Source: Verrucomicrobiota bacterium
GTDB lineage: Bacteria; Verrucomicrobiota; Kiritimatiellia; UBA8416; JAIOPI01
Direction: 5' to 3'
Length of the DNA: 24,631 nt
Assembly: GCA_027620105.1 (NCBI GenBank)
Contig: JAQCIA010000001.1
Location: forward strand, 1-24,631
This document shows positions 1-8,454 of this stretch, piece by piece. Positions within the stretch are counted from its first letter, which is position 1. The number at the start of each line of letters is the position of its first letter. The notes beneath the pieces are model-generated. The model searched no databases, was not told where the DNA came from, and saw nothing but the letters and a program-made list of their open reading frames with translations. A program made the translations under genes and the position numbers.

Positions 1-539
1 AAACCGATGGGACCACAGCCGAGAATGCCCACGTGCGCCCCCCGAACAGCCCCCGCAAGCCGCACGGCATAGATACCAATCGACAAGGGTTCCACAAGCG
101 CCCCCTGCTCCAATGTGGTCCCTTCGCGCAGCGGATAACAGCATTCTTCCGGCATCACAATGAATTCGGCAAGACATCCGTCCGCTTGCCCGGGACAACC
201 GAGGAATCGCAGCGAACGGCATGTGTGCGCACGTCCCGCAAGGCACTGGTCACAATTGCCGCATGACATCGCCGGATCCACGGCCACGCGGTCCCCGACC
301 TGGATGCGACGCACCGCGGGCCCAACCGCCACCACGGTCCCCGCGAATTCATGCCCCACACGATAGGGATAGGTCACGACCTGGCTGCAGATTCGCCCGC
401 GCATGTAGTAGTGCACGTCCGACCCGCAGACACCAACGGCCCCCACCCGCAGCAACACGTCCGTGTCATTGGCCAGGCGCACGTCCGCGACATCGCCGCC
501 AATCATCTGACGGATCCCGGTTAGCAGCATGGCTCGCAT
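1..539 (-). CDS. Zn-dependent medium-chain dehydrogenase (sorbitol/L-iditol/threonine dehydrogenase-like), 3' end runs off the window
   Basis: Translated by hand because it is absent from the ORF track. MRAMLLTGIRQ...GVCGSDVHYY...GHEFAG...CGNCDQCLAGRAHTC...LVEPLSIG...VGILGCGPIG gives the catalytic-Zn C/H/E, the four structural-Zn Cys and the start of the Rossmann GxGxxG. ATG at 539 with SD AGGAGGAGG upstream. Confidence 0.92.
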   Translation of the reverse strand, partial: MRAMLLTGIRQMIGGDVADVRLANDTDVLLRVGAVGVCGSDVHYYMRGRICSQVVTYPYRVGHEFAGTVVAVGPAVRRIQVGDRVAVDPAMSCGNCDQCLAGRAHTCRSLRFLGCPGQADGCLAEFIVMPEECCYPLREGTTLEQGALVEPLSIGIYAVRLAGAVRGAHVGILGCGPIG

Positions 540-570
540 CGATTCCCGACCTCCTCCTGCATGGCGCAAC

Positions 571-598
571 AGCATACAGCATTGCGCGCTCCCGACAA
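571..598 (-). promoter_or_regulatory. Candidate sigma70 promoter for the dehydrogenase (TTGTCG-N16-TATGCT)
   Basis: Hexamers read on the minus strand in the divergent intergenic region. Motif match only. Confidence 0.3.
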
Positions 599-630
599 CC
601 TCCATGAAGGCACACCAACCATCCTCGTCC

Positions 631-660
631 TTGTCACCAGGTCACTCCCGCCTCTAAGAT
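631..660 (+). promoter_or_regulatory. Candidate sigma70 promoter for GT9 (TTGTCA-N18-TAAGAT)
   Basis: TTGTCA at 631-636 and TAAGAT at 655-660, 16 nt before ATG 677. Confidence 0.4.
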
Positions 661-676
661 CGCCACGAGACACTCC

Positions 677-1909
677 ATGAACGTCAACCCCCTGCGTTTT
701 GCCGACCGCTATCTCGGCGGTCTGATCGTACGCCTGCTCACCCTGCTGCGTCGACTGCTGCGCCCCTTCCATACACACAAGGACGACCGCACGCCCCGCC
801 GGGTCGCCGTCATCAAGCTCACCGAAATGGGCCGCACAGTGCTCGCCTACCCGGCACTGGCCGAACTGCGCCGCCGCATCCCCGCACTCGAACTGTATTT
901 TTTATCCTTCGACACCTTCAGTGCGATCATTGATGACCTCGGCCTGGTTACGCCGGCGCAAAACCTGCGCGTGGACACCACCTCACGCTGGCGCATGCTC
1001 TGGACCGGTTGGCGCGCCATACGCCAGCTGCGTGCCCAAGGCGTTGATTCCGTCATCGACATGGACTTCTTCAGCCGCTTCTCGGTGATCCTTGCGTTTC
1101 TGGCCTGCCCGCGCGGCAATCGCGTGGGGTTTCATCGCTTCACCAACGAAGGCATGAACTGCGGCGACCTCTTCACGCACCCGGTCCTTTATTCGCCACA
1201 CATTCACACCAGCCAGGCTTTTATGGCGCTCACGGAATCCCTTCTGGCGCCACATGCGTCCGAAGTGCTTATCAAGCAGCCACTCGCGGATCGTGACTAC
1301 CGCCTCCCCGCACACACCCCGGACACCGCCACCTGCCAAACGGTCCGCCAGCTGCTTTCGGACAGCGGCCTGCACCCCGATGCCTCCCGCCCCCTGGTGC
1401 TGGTGAATCCGAATTCTTCCGAACTTTTTCCCCTGCGCAAATGGCCCTCGCGACATTTCATCGAATTTTCCCGCCGGCTACTGGCCACCCGCCCGGAAGT
1501 TCGCATTGCCGTGACCGGCAGCGAACATGAACAGCGCGAGGCGGACATGCTCGTTCAGCAAATTGGCGGTGACCGCTGCGTGAGTCTGGCCGGTCGCACG
1601 AGTTTGCGCGAACTGCTGGCCCTCTATCACGAGGCGCGCCTGATGGTGACCAACGACAGCAGCCCCGCGCTGTTCGCCGCACTCACCCCGCTCCGCACGA
1701 TTGTGCTCTATGGTCCGGAAACGCCAGCCCTCTATGCCCCGCTTGGCGAACGTGCGACCTGCCTCTACAAACACTTTGCCTGCTCGCCTTGCCTCTCCGT
1801 CTACAACGCGCAGCGCTCCCCCTGCCAGAACAACCGCTGCCTGCAAGCCATCACGGTGGATGAAGTGCTGCAGGAATCCCTGCGCGTGTTGGGCCCCGCA
1901 ACGCCGTAG
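677..1909 (+). CDS. Glycosyltransferase family 9 (ADP-heptose:LPS heptosyltransferase-like)
   Basis: IKLTEMGRTVLAYPAL (GT9 N-terminal motif, normally xxxGDxxLxxP), LAGRTSLRELLAL, VTNDSSPALFAAL, IVLYGPETP and the C-terminal CSPC...C...C cluster. Confidence 0.85.
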   Translation: MNVNPLRFADRYLGGLIVRLLTLLRRLLRPFHTHKDDRTPRRVAVIKLTEMGRTVLAYPALAELRRRIPALELYFLSFDTFSAIIDDLGLVTPAQNLRVDTTSRWRMLWTGWRAIRQLRAQGVDSVIDMDFFSRFSVILAFLACPRGNRVGFHRFTNEGMNCGDLFTHPVLYSPHIHTSQAFMALTESLLAPHASEVLIKQPLADRDYRLPAHTPDTATCQTVRQLLSDSGLHPDASRPLVLVNPNSSELFPLRKWPSRHFIEFSRRLLATRPEVRIAVTGSEHEQREADMLVQQIGGDRCVSLAGRTSLRELLALYHEARLMVTNDSSPALFAALTPLRTIVLYGPETPALYAPLGERATCLYKHFACSPCLSVYNAQRSPCQNNRCLQAITVDEVLQESLRVLGPATP

Positions 1910-1972
1910 CGCAGGGCCGCTGCGATCGGCCCGGCTGCACGCCGGCAATCGCCGACATGAAGTCGGCGCTAC
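1906..1972. repeat. Two GC-rich hairpins bounded by GTAGCGC...GCGCTAC between convergent genes (REP-like or terminator-like)
   Basis: CGCCGAC-ATGAA-GTCGGCG at 1950-1968 is a perfect 7-bp stem, preceded by GTAG on the minus strand. A second stem, GGGCCG-N7-CGGCCC, lies on the left. Confidence 0.35.
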
Positions 1973-1973
1973 C

Positions 1974-3854
1974 CTATGCGCCAGAAGACTCACCGCCCGC
2001 GCCCTGCATCTCAATCTCGATGATGCCCAGACCGTTCTCCCACGTCTTCAGTGCATCCAGATCGATCGTCAGCTGTTTGGAACGTGCATGGCCGTCCGAT
2101 GTGGGATTCTGTTTTTCCGCGCGCTCCAGATTTTCCCGTTCGGACTTCAGTTCCCGCCGCCAGAGATTCAAAATAATATCGCGCACGGCATCGGCCCGCC
2201 CGCGCTCCGCGCCACGAATCTTTCCCGGCGCACTCTGCACCGCCGCCGCCAGCCGCAGCACGACCTGATCGACATCCGGGTCCGCCTCAAGCAGGCTATG
2301 CAGCCCTTCCCCACTTTCGGCCGCTCGCAGACAGGCATCCGCCACGCGCCGGCAGCTTGCGTCACGAAACATCTTGAGCGGCAGGTAGTTGCGCACGAGT
2401 TCACCAACTTCCGGTTCGTTGACCACGTGACAAAGGTGCTCACAGAGTTCCACCTCAACCGCCGGCCGGACCGCCTCATGAATTGCACCGTGCTCCGCCC
2501 CCGCCTCCGTCACGCTTGCTGACTGTGCCGCGGCGCGGCGTTCACGTGACTGCAACTGCCGCAAGTCATCCAGCAGAGCGGACGTCGGCAGCCCGAGGCG
2601 TGCCGACGCCTCCTGAGTCAGACGCGCGCGCAGCACCGCGTTGGGACTTTGCAGAATCGTTTGCAGCACCGCCCGGGATATCCGCATCACCCCCACCTCG
2701 CTACGCACGTCCTCGCGCGTCGACAGCACGCCCACCTGGAAATCAACCACGGACACCGCCTTCTGGATCAGCGCACCAAAGGCTTCCTTGCCTTGCGTCC
2801 GAATGAAGGCATCTGGATCCTGCTTGGGCGGCAGAGCCGCCACGCGCACGGCGAGCCCGGCCTGCATGAACACGCCCGCCGCGCGCACCGCCGCATCCTG
2901 ACCGGCCCGGTCTGGATCGAACACCAGCACCACGCTGTCCGCGTAGCGTTTGATGATGCGCGCGTGGTCATCGGTGAATGCCGTCCCCTGCGCCGCCACG
3001 GCATGCGTGAAACCCGCCTCGTGGCAGCGGATCACGTCAATCTGCCCCTCGCAGACAATCGCCTCGCCGGCGTCGACGATGCTTTTGCGGGCGCGGTCGA
3101 TGGCGTAGAGCACGCGGCTCTTCTTGAACAGCGGGGTTTCCGGACTGTTGATGTACTTGGCGGGCTGGGTCTGGTCATCCAGGGCGCGACCGCTGAACCC
3201 GATCACACGCCCCTGCTCGTCCCGGATTGGAAACATCATCCGGTTGCGAAAGCGGTCATAGCGTGCGTGGCGCGCATCCGTGCGCTCGCTGCGTACGAGC
3301 AGCCCGGCAAGCTCCAGTTGCGCATCCGTGAATCCGTTCTTCTCCGCCCACTGCAGGATGGCGTCCCAGCGTTCCGGTGCATAGCCGATCAGAAAGTCTT
3401 TGACGATCTCTGCGGATAGCGCGCGTGTTTCAAGATAGGCGCGCGCATGCGCGGCGGATTTCATCTCGTCGAGACAGCGCTGATAAAATGCCGCCACGCC
3501 GGTATGAATCTTATAGAGGGCCGCCTTGTCGCCGGCCTCGCCGCCCGCGCCCTCCTCCAGTTCCAGATGGATGCCCGCGCGTTCCGCCAGCATCCGCGCC
3601 GCCATCCCGAAATCAACACCCTCGTGCTGCATCACGAAGCCGAAAACATCGCCGCCCGCCCCACAGCCAAAGCAATGAAAAATCTGCCGCTGTGGCGTCA
3701 CCGTGAAGGATGGTGTCTTCTCCTTGTGAAACGGGCAAAGCGCCTTGAAGGCGCCGCCGGCGCGCTTGAGCGTGATGTAGGTGCCAACGACTTCGACGAT
3801 ATCGTTGCGAAATCGTATGTCTTCGAGTTGCTGTTTGGAAATCAACTTTGCCAC
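1974..3854 (-). CDS. dnaG: DNA primase
   Basis: CHC2 zinc finger CPFHKEKTPSF...FHCFGCG, RFRNRMMFPI, KYINSPET, TOPRIM CEGQIDVI and FDPDRAG. GTG start. Confidence 0.97.
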   Translation of the reverse strand: MAKLISKQQLEDIRFRNDIVEVVGTYITLKRAGGAFKALCPFHKEKTPSFTVTPQRQIFHCFGCGAGGDVFGFVMQHEGVDFGMAARMLAERAGIHLELEEGAGGEAGDKAALYKIHTGVAAFYQRCLDEMKSAAHARAYLETRALSAEIVKDFLIGYAPERWDAILQWAEKNGFTDAQLELAGLLVRSERTDARHARYDRFRNRMMFPIRDEQGRVIGFSGRALDDQTQPAKYINSPETPLFKKSRVLYAIDRARKSIVDAGEAIVCEGQIDVIRCHEAGFTHAVAAQGTAFTDDHARIIKRYADSVVLVFDPDRAGQDAAVRAAGVFMQAGLAVRVAALPPKQDPDAFIRTQGKEAFGALIQKAVSVVDFQVGVLSTREDVRSEVGVMRISRAVLQTILQSPNAVLRARLTQEASARLGLPTSALLDDLRQLQSRERRAAAQSASVTEAGAEHGAIHEAVRPAVEVELCEHLCHVVNEPEVGELVRNYLPLKMFRDASCRRVADACLRAAESGEGLHSLLEADPDVDQVVLRLAAAVQSAPGKIRGAERGRADAVRDIILNLWRRELKSERENLERAEKQNPTSDGHARSKQLTIDLDALKTWENGLGIIEIEMQGAGGESSGA

Positions 3855-3887
3855 GCGTATCCCCCGGAGGCAGTGCCGTCCAAGCCT

Positions 3888-4412
3888 TCACGGCATGTCG
3901 GCGGGCAGGACCGATTCCTCGATCGGGCCAGCCAGTTCACGCAAGCGCGGCATCACTCGCTGCACGACTGTGCCCACCACGGACTCTTCGCCGAATCGTC
4001 GGTGAACACCTTCGTTCGGCACCACCAGCAACACCGCAAAGACCAACACCACCACAATCAAACCACGCAGCACACCGGCAATGACGCCTCCGACGCGATT
4101 CACACCGCCTTCCACAACCACGCGCAGCACGCGCCCCACGGTCAACCGCAGCAGCGCCATGAGCAGCAGCACCCCGACCACCAGCACAACCAGCGCCACC
4201 ACGGGTGCCAGCGCCGGCGCAACCCGCGTGTGCATGCGCATCCAGCCCGCCAGGGGTTCATAGCACATGGCCCCCAGCAGCAGCGCGGCGGCATCCCCGA
4301 TCAGTCCCGCCAGTTCTCCCGACAAGCCGCGGAAAAAACCCCGCAGCGCCGCGAACGCCACCAACGCAAGCGCCACAACATCCACGATGCTGGGCGACGG
4401 AAATGTATCCAT
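3888..4412 (-). CDS. cvpA: CvpA (colicin V production) family membrane protein
   Basis: N-terminal DVVALALV..AALRGFFRGLSGEL, four hydrophobic segments, NRVGGVIAGVLRG. SD GGAGA. Confidence 0.78.
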   Translation of the reverse strand: MDTFPSPSIVDVVALALVAFAALRGFFRGLSGELAGLIGDAAALLLGAMCYEPLAGWMRMHTRVAPALAPVVALVVLVVGVLLLMALLRLTVGRVLRVVVEGGVNRVGGVIAGVLRGLIVVVLVFAVLLVVPNEGVHRRFGEESVVGTVVQRVMPRLRELAGPIEESVLPADMP

Positions 4413-4430
4413 GAATCTGCTCTCCGGCGC

Positions 4431-6035
4431 TTAACGACGCGCGCCAGCCGGCGGCATGCTATTCAGGGCTGCCCGATCCGGCGCGAGATCAGCGGCGCGC
4501 TTAAAATGATAGCGGGCCAGATCATAGCGCATGGACTCCCGATACAACAGTCCCAGCAGGTAATGCGTCGTCTGGTCGCTGGGGTCGCTGGCCAATGCCC
4601 GCTTGGCGGCATCAATGGCCGGACCGCGTTCGCCTTGTTCGCGCGCCACCACCGCCACCATGTAGTGTGCTTTGGCCATATCGGGATCGATGGCACCCGC
4701 CTGCTTGAATGCGGCCCGCGCCGCCGCAAGATTGCCCCGCGATTTGTGCGCGACGCCCAGATTGAAGGCGGCACTGGCAAACGTGGGATCAGCAACCAGC
4801 ACCGTTTCATAATACTGAATGGCTTCATCCCAATCGTTGGCAGCGTGGGCATCCAGGCCCTTTTGCCAGGCTTCGGACGGGGTCAGGCGCACGGAGCTTG
4901 CCATGGCGACGGGTGGTTGCGTTGTCGTGGTGGTGGCAGCCGTTGACCGACTGGTCGTGGCGGTGGGCGCCGTGGACGGCGGCGGCGGGCCACGCTCAAG
5001 CCGCCGTCGGGCGGCCACGCTGCGGTTGTCCTCGGGGAAGAGACGGACGAAATCGCGCAACATGACTTCCGCTTTCTGCGGCTGCCCCAGCGACTGGTCA
5101 TACAGCGTGGCCCAGGTCCAGAGCACATCCGCATTCTTCGGATCGCGGGCACGCGCCTGCCCCAACAGCACGAGGGCTTCGTCATACGCCTTATCGCCAA
5201 TCGCCTGCCGGGCCTGCGCCAGCAACGCGTCCCCCGATATTTCCGCCACAGGTTTCGCCACGGTGGTGCTCGGCGGTGGCGCGGACGTTCGCGTGGTCAC
5301 GGCGGTCGGCAGGCTGATCACCGGGTCTGCCGCGCGTTCGATCCCCGCCGCGGCTGAGGCTGACAGGGGCGCAGTGGGCGGCGCGGGCGCGGGGCGAAAT
5401 GGCTGGCGCAGCAAGGCCAGTTGCTCATGCACGTTGTCGATGCGCACCTGGTCCGTGGCCACGGAGAGATACCGGCTGAAGTAGCGCATGGCCGCCAGCG
5501 TATCCTGGCGTTTGTCACGGGCCATCACGGCCATGTTGTACAACGCTGGCGCATATTTCGCGTCGATCTGCAGGGCATGCTCCAGATGCGCGCTTGCCTG
5601 CTCGACTTTGCCCGCGCGGTATTCCAGCCGCGCCAGGCGCGTAATCATGTCAGCCCGTTCCGGCAGTCCGTTCATCACTTCGGTCAGCACATCGCGTGCG
5701 TCATCCCAGCGCTTCACCTCCTGCAGGACATCCGCTACCAACAGTTGAGGCCGGGGATCGTTCACATCGAGATCACCAGCCGTGGTCAAGGCTTCGATGG
5801 CCAGATCATGCGCCCCCAACTTCCAGTACGCCATGCCTAGATTCGCATATGCCGACGCACTCTGTGGTCGACTCTCTCTGGCGCGCTCAAAATACCGCAC
5901 GGCATCCACGTGATTCGCTTGCCGCATGGCATCCATGCCCTGCTCCATATTCCGATCGAAGCTGCCGCTGCAGCCGCCCCCGAGAAAAGCCGCAAGGACC
6001 AACAGCCCCCAATGTGTGCGAGTCATGCGCATCAT
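4431..6035 (-). CDS. Exported multi-TPR protein, possibly a lipoprotein, with Pro/Thr/Ala-rich linkers
   Basis: Start moved from 6152 to the ATG cluster at 6035/6032/6026, which is followed by a basic/hydrophobic signal ending LGGGC. Repeated TPR signatures (AYANLGMAYWKLG, ALYNMAV, AAFNLGVAH, AHYMVAV, THYLLGLLY) fall in three blocks. Confidence 0.85.
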   Translation of the reverse strand: MMRMTRTHWGLLVLAAFLGGGCSGSFDRNMEQGMDAMRQANHVDAVRYFERARESRPQSASAYANLGMAYWKLGAHDLAIEALTTAGDLDVNDPRPQLLVADVLQEVKRWDDARDVLTEVMNGLPERADMITRLARLEYRAGKVEQASAHLEHALQIDAKYAPALYNMAVMARDKRQDTLAAMRYFSRYLSVATDQVRIDNVHEQLALLRQPFRPAPAPPTAPLSASAAAGIERAADPVISLPTAVTTRTSAPPPSTTVAKPVAEISGDALLAQARQAIGDKAYDEALVLLGQARARDPKNADVLWTWATLYDQSLGQPQKAEVMLRDFVRLFPEDNRSVAARRRLERGPPPPSTAPTATTSRSTAATTTTTQPPVAMASSVRLTPSEAWQKGLDAHAANDWDEAIQYYETVLVADPTFASAAFNLGVAHKSRGNLAAARAAFKQAGAIDPDMAKAHYMVAVVAREQGERGPAIDAAKRALASDPSDQTTHYLLGLLYRESMRYDLARYHFKRAADLAPDRAALNSMPPAGARR

Positions 6036-6041
6036 GCCGTG

Positions 6042-6050
6042 ACTATAGCA
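6042..6050 (-). promoter_or_regulatory. Extended -10 element (TG-C-TATAGT) 6 nt before the TPR gene ATG
   Basis: Minus strand reads gTGcTATAGTcacggcATG, with no SD. Confidence 0.45.
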
Positions 6051-6207
6051 CCCCGCCGAAAAACTGCCATGCCGATGCATCTCTTTTTTGTGCGTCCGGG
6101 CGCGTATCGCGCCGGTCGCCTCCACCGGGTGCGCCCGAGGCACGTGTGCCAACCACGCGGGCCATCCGCCCGAAAAACACGCAGTCCGCCATACCCATTT
6201 TTCGATC

Positions 6208-6236
6208 TTGCGTTACTCCGGCTGGTCTGACATTAT
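6208..6236 (+). promoter_or_regulatory. Candidate rpmE-prfA promoter (TTGCGT-N17-CATTAT)
   Basis: Correct 17-nt spacing, about 30 nt upstream of the rpmE ATG. Confidence 0.4.
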
Positions 6237-6265
6237 CCGTCGCTTTTAAGCGTAGAGGAACAGGC

Positions 6266-6466
6266 ATGAAAGAAGGCATTCACCCCGACTATCAGGACGC
6301 CACGATTACGTGTGCGTGCGGTCACGTTATTCATACACGCTCGACCGTGAAGGCGATGAGCATCAACACCTGCTCCACCTGCCACCCGTTCTTCACCGGC
6401 CATGCCACGTTCCTGGACGCGGAAGGCCGTGTTGAGCAGTTCCGCAAGCGTTACGCGAAGAAGTAG
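6266..6466 (+). CDS. rpmE: 50S ribosomal protein L31, Zn-binding type, 66 aa
   Basis: MKEGIHPDY...CACG...CSTCHPFFTG...GRVEQFRKRY. It is the 3' end of track ORF 5696..6466. The true ATG is 6266, after the SD AGAGG. Confidence 0.96.
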   Translation: MKEGIHPDYQDATITCACGHVIHTRSTVKAMSINTCSTCHPFFTGHATFLDAEGRVEQFRKRYAKK

Positions 6467-6480
6467 CGCTGCCGCCGTTT

Positions 6481-6523
6481 GGGCCAGGTCGAGGCATCAC
6501 CACGAGCTGGCCCGCTCTGTTTT
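6481..6523 (+). terminator. Possible hairpin plus short T tract between rpmE and prfA
   Basis: GGGCCAG(G)TCG-N11-CGA(G)CTGGCCC followed by GCTCTGTTTT. The U tract is displaced from the stem, so this is weak. Confidence 0.25.
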
Positions 6524-6577
6524 CAGGCACGCGACGGCTGACGTCATGGCGTTCTGCATGTTTGAAAGTGGTGCGGC

Positions 6578-7672
6578 ATGATCGACACCTCCCATGTTGA
6601 GAAAGTGCTGACCCGCCTGCCCTGGCTGGAGTCAGAGCTGTCCTCCCCAAACGCGGCGGCAAATCAGCGCCGGTTCAAGGACATGGTCCGCGAACATGCC
6701 GCGCTCACAAAACTCGCCGCCAAGGCCGACGTGTTCTTCAAGCTCCAGCGCGAAATCAACGAACACCGCGCGCTCCTTGCCTCCGCTGAGTCCGATCGGG
6801 AATTGCTGCAGATGGCGCGCGAGGAGCTGGCCCAGGCCGAAGCGCGCCTGCCGCAGATGGAAAAGGATCTCCTCTTTGCCCTCCTGCCGCCAAGTCCGGA
6901 CGAATTGCGCAACGCGGTTGTGGAAATCCGGGCCGGCACGGGCGGCGAAGAAGCCGCGCTGTTCGCCGGTGATCTTTTCCGCATGTACAGCCGTTACGCC
7001 GAAAGCCGCCGCTGGAAGGTGGCCATCGTGGATGCCAGTTCCAGCGACTTGCGCGGTTTCAAGGATATCGTCTTCACCGTCGAAGGCGCCGAAGTCTACC
7101 GCTGGCTGCAATACGAGAGCGGTGGGCACCGCGTGCAGCGCGTACCGGTGACCGAAGGTTCCGGGCGCATCCATACGTCCGCCGCCACCGTGGCCGTCTT
7201 CCCCGAAGCCGAAGCCGACGACGAGATCGAGATCAAACCCGAGGAAATTCGCGTGGATATCTTCCGCTCCAGCGGGCCGGGCGGGCAAAGCGTGAACACC
7301 ACCGACTCCGCCGTGCGGATCACGCACTTCCCCTCCGGGCTGGTCGTGCAGTGCCAGGACGAAAAGTCCCAGCACCGCAACCGCGAAAAAGCCCTGAACG
7401 TCCTCAAGGCCCGCCTGCTCGACATTAAGCGCCGCGCGGAAGCAGAGAAAAAGAGCCTCCAACGGCGGGACCTGACCGGTTCCGGCGACCGCAGCCAGCG
7501 CATTCGCACATACAACTTCCCGCAGAACCGGCTCACGGATCACCGCATCAACCTGACGCTCTACAACCTCGACAACATTGTCGACGGCGAACTGGACGAC
7601 GTCATCCAGCCCCTGCGCACGCACGATCTGGAGTTGCGCCTGGCCGAGGAAGTCAAGAATACGACCGGGTGA
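6578..7672 (+). CDS. prfA: Peptide chain release factor 1
   Basis: [28 protein letters not shown] (RF1-type PxT), [25 protein letters not shown] (GGQ), [17 protein letters not shown]. Confidence 0.97.
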   Translation: MIDTSHVEKVLTRLPWLESELSSPNAAANQRRFKDMVREHAALTKLAAKADVFFKLQREINEHRALLASAESDRELLQMAREELAQAEARLPQMEKDLLFALLPPSPDELRNAVVEIRAGTGGEEAALFAGDLFRMYSRYAESRRWKVAIVDASSSDLRGFKDIVFTVEGAEVYRWLQYESGGHRVQRVPVTEGSGRIHTSAATVAVFPEAEADDEIEIKPEEIRVDIFRSSGPGGQSVNTTDSAVRITHFPSGLVVQCQDEKSQHRNREKALNVLKARLLDIKRRAEAEKKSLQRRDLTGSGDRSQRIRTYNFPQNRLTDHRINLTLYNLDNIVDGELDDVIQPLRTHDLELRLAEEVKNTTG

Positions 7673-7687
7673 TGCAGACGGTTGCGC

Positions 7688-8197
7688 CTACAGCGCCAGC
7701 CTGACCGCCGCCCCGAGGAAGACCGTATCCGAGTCGATGTCCGTGGCGTCATCCTCGAGTTGCTGCGATGACTCAAACCGATACTGGCCGTAGACATCGA
7801 GATGGAGCGGCTCCAGGATGGCCAGATCCAGTCCGGCACGGAAGCTGTAAAAAGGATCGTCCGACCACTCACTGTCCTGAAAGATCCAACCAACGCCCGC
7901 GCCGGCATAAATGGTCTTGCCGATCAGCAGATAGACCTGCGGCGCGTAGACATCTTCCCCGAAACGATCCGGCAGCAATTCGGCGTCCAGGCCGAGACCA
8001 AAGGCCCGGGAGAAATACTGAAGGCTGGCCACATAGCTGAGCCCATCGCTATCAATGTCACCGAGGTCCAGATCGTCGACCGCCTCCCAGTAATTCACAC
8101 CGCCGCCAACGCGCCACGAACCCGCATTGGCCTGCAAGGCCGCACCACCAATCAGCATGCCAACCAACGCCACCATCATCCATCGCCATGTTTGCAT
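7688..8197 (-). CDS. Small outer-membrane beta-barrel protein (OmpA-transmembrane/OmpW-like fold), function unknown
   Basis: Start moved to ATG 8197, after SD GGAGG. Sec signal MQTWRWMMVALVGMLIGGAALQANA, then alternating aromatic/Gly strands (WRVGGGVNY, YAGAGVGW, FRAGLDL, LDVYGQYRF) and terminal strand FLGAAVRLAL. 169 aa. Confidence 0.7.
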   Translation of the reverse strand: MQTWRWMMVALVGMLIGGAALQANAGSWRVGGGVNYWEAVDDLDLGDIDSDGLSYVASLQYFSRAFGLGLDAELLPDRFGEDVYAPQVYLLIGKTIYAGAGVGWIFQDSEWSDDPFYSFRAGLDLAILEPLHLDVYGQYRFESSQQLEDDATDIDSDTVFLGAAVRLAL

Positions 8198-8264
8198 GTG
8201 AACCTCCGCTGAGTTGTTGACCACCACCGGTGCCGCCCCGCGTCCACCGCTTGCCCCGCATGTC

Positions 8265-8293
8265 ATATTGCGGAACCGTGCCCGGGAAGTCAA
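8265..8293 (-). promoter_or_regulatory. Candidate promoter of the beta-barrel gene (TTGACT-N17-CAATAT) inside an inverted repeat
   Basis: Hexamers with 17-nt spacing. ATTGCGGA (8267-8274) and TCCGCAAT (8300-8307) bracket them. Confidence 0.4.
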
Positions 8294-8454
8294 CGCGGCT
8301 CCGCAATCGCGAGTAGCGACGTTGCGCTTTTATCAACCTGGATGCGCCACGCGGTGGCGCTATACGGATCTTGCACAGTCTGTAGCCGGGCCGTGTGCGG
8401 CAAGAATTCGAAATGCGGCCATTTCCCCGCAGCCATCAAAGCGCCAGAATGCCA

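Noticed and set aside
3447-4946. 499-aa plus-strand ORF
   Set aside because: Antisense shadow of dnaG, cvpA and the TPR gene. Its His/Gln/Arg-rich composition is what the reverse complement of hydrophobic high-GC codons gives, and it has no motifs.
4905-5000. GTG/GGC triplet runs in the TPR gene as a VNTR or frameshift site
   Set aside because: They encode in-frame Thr/Pro/Ala linkers with varied codons, and the reading frame is continuous through TPR blocks on both sides.
5696-6265. Apparent 190-aa N-terminal extension of L31 in the ORF track
   Set aside because: It overlaps the TPR gene on the other strand. A good SD and promoter precede ATG 6266. Similar over-extended starts were trimmed for the TPR gene, barrel, prmC, FNR, DUF423, kamA, thiI, chdC, hemH and cysK.
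6632-7624. 330-aa minus-strand ORF over prfA (similar cases: 15896..16831, 20411..21478, 22041..22859, 23788..24576, 14260..15333, 1701..2522, 2649..3419)
   Set aside because: Long antisense or alternate-frame ORFs are expected in high-GC genes. Each overlaps a well-supported conserved gene and shows no recognisable domain.
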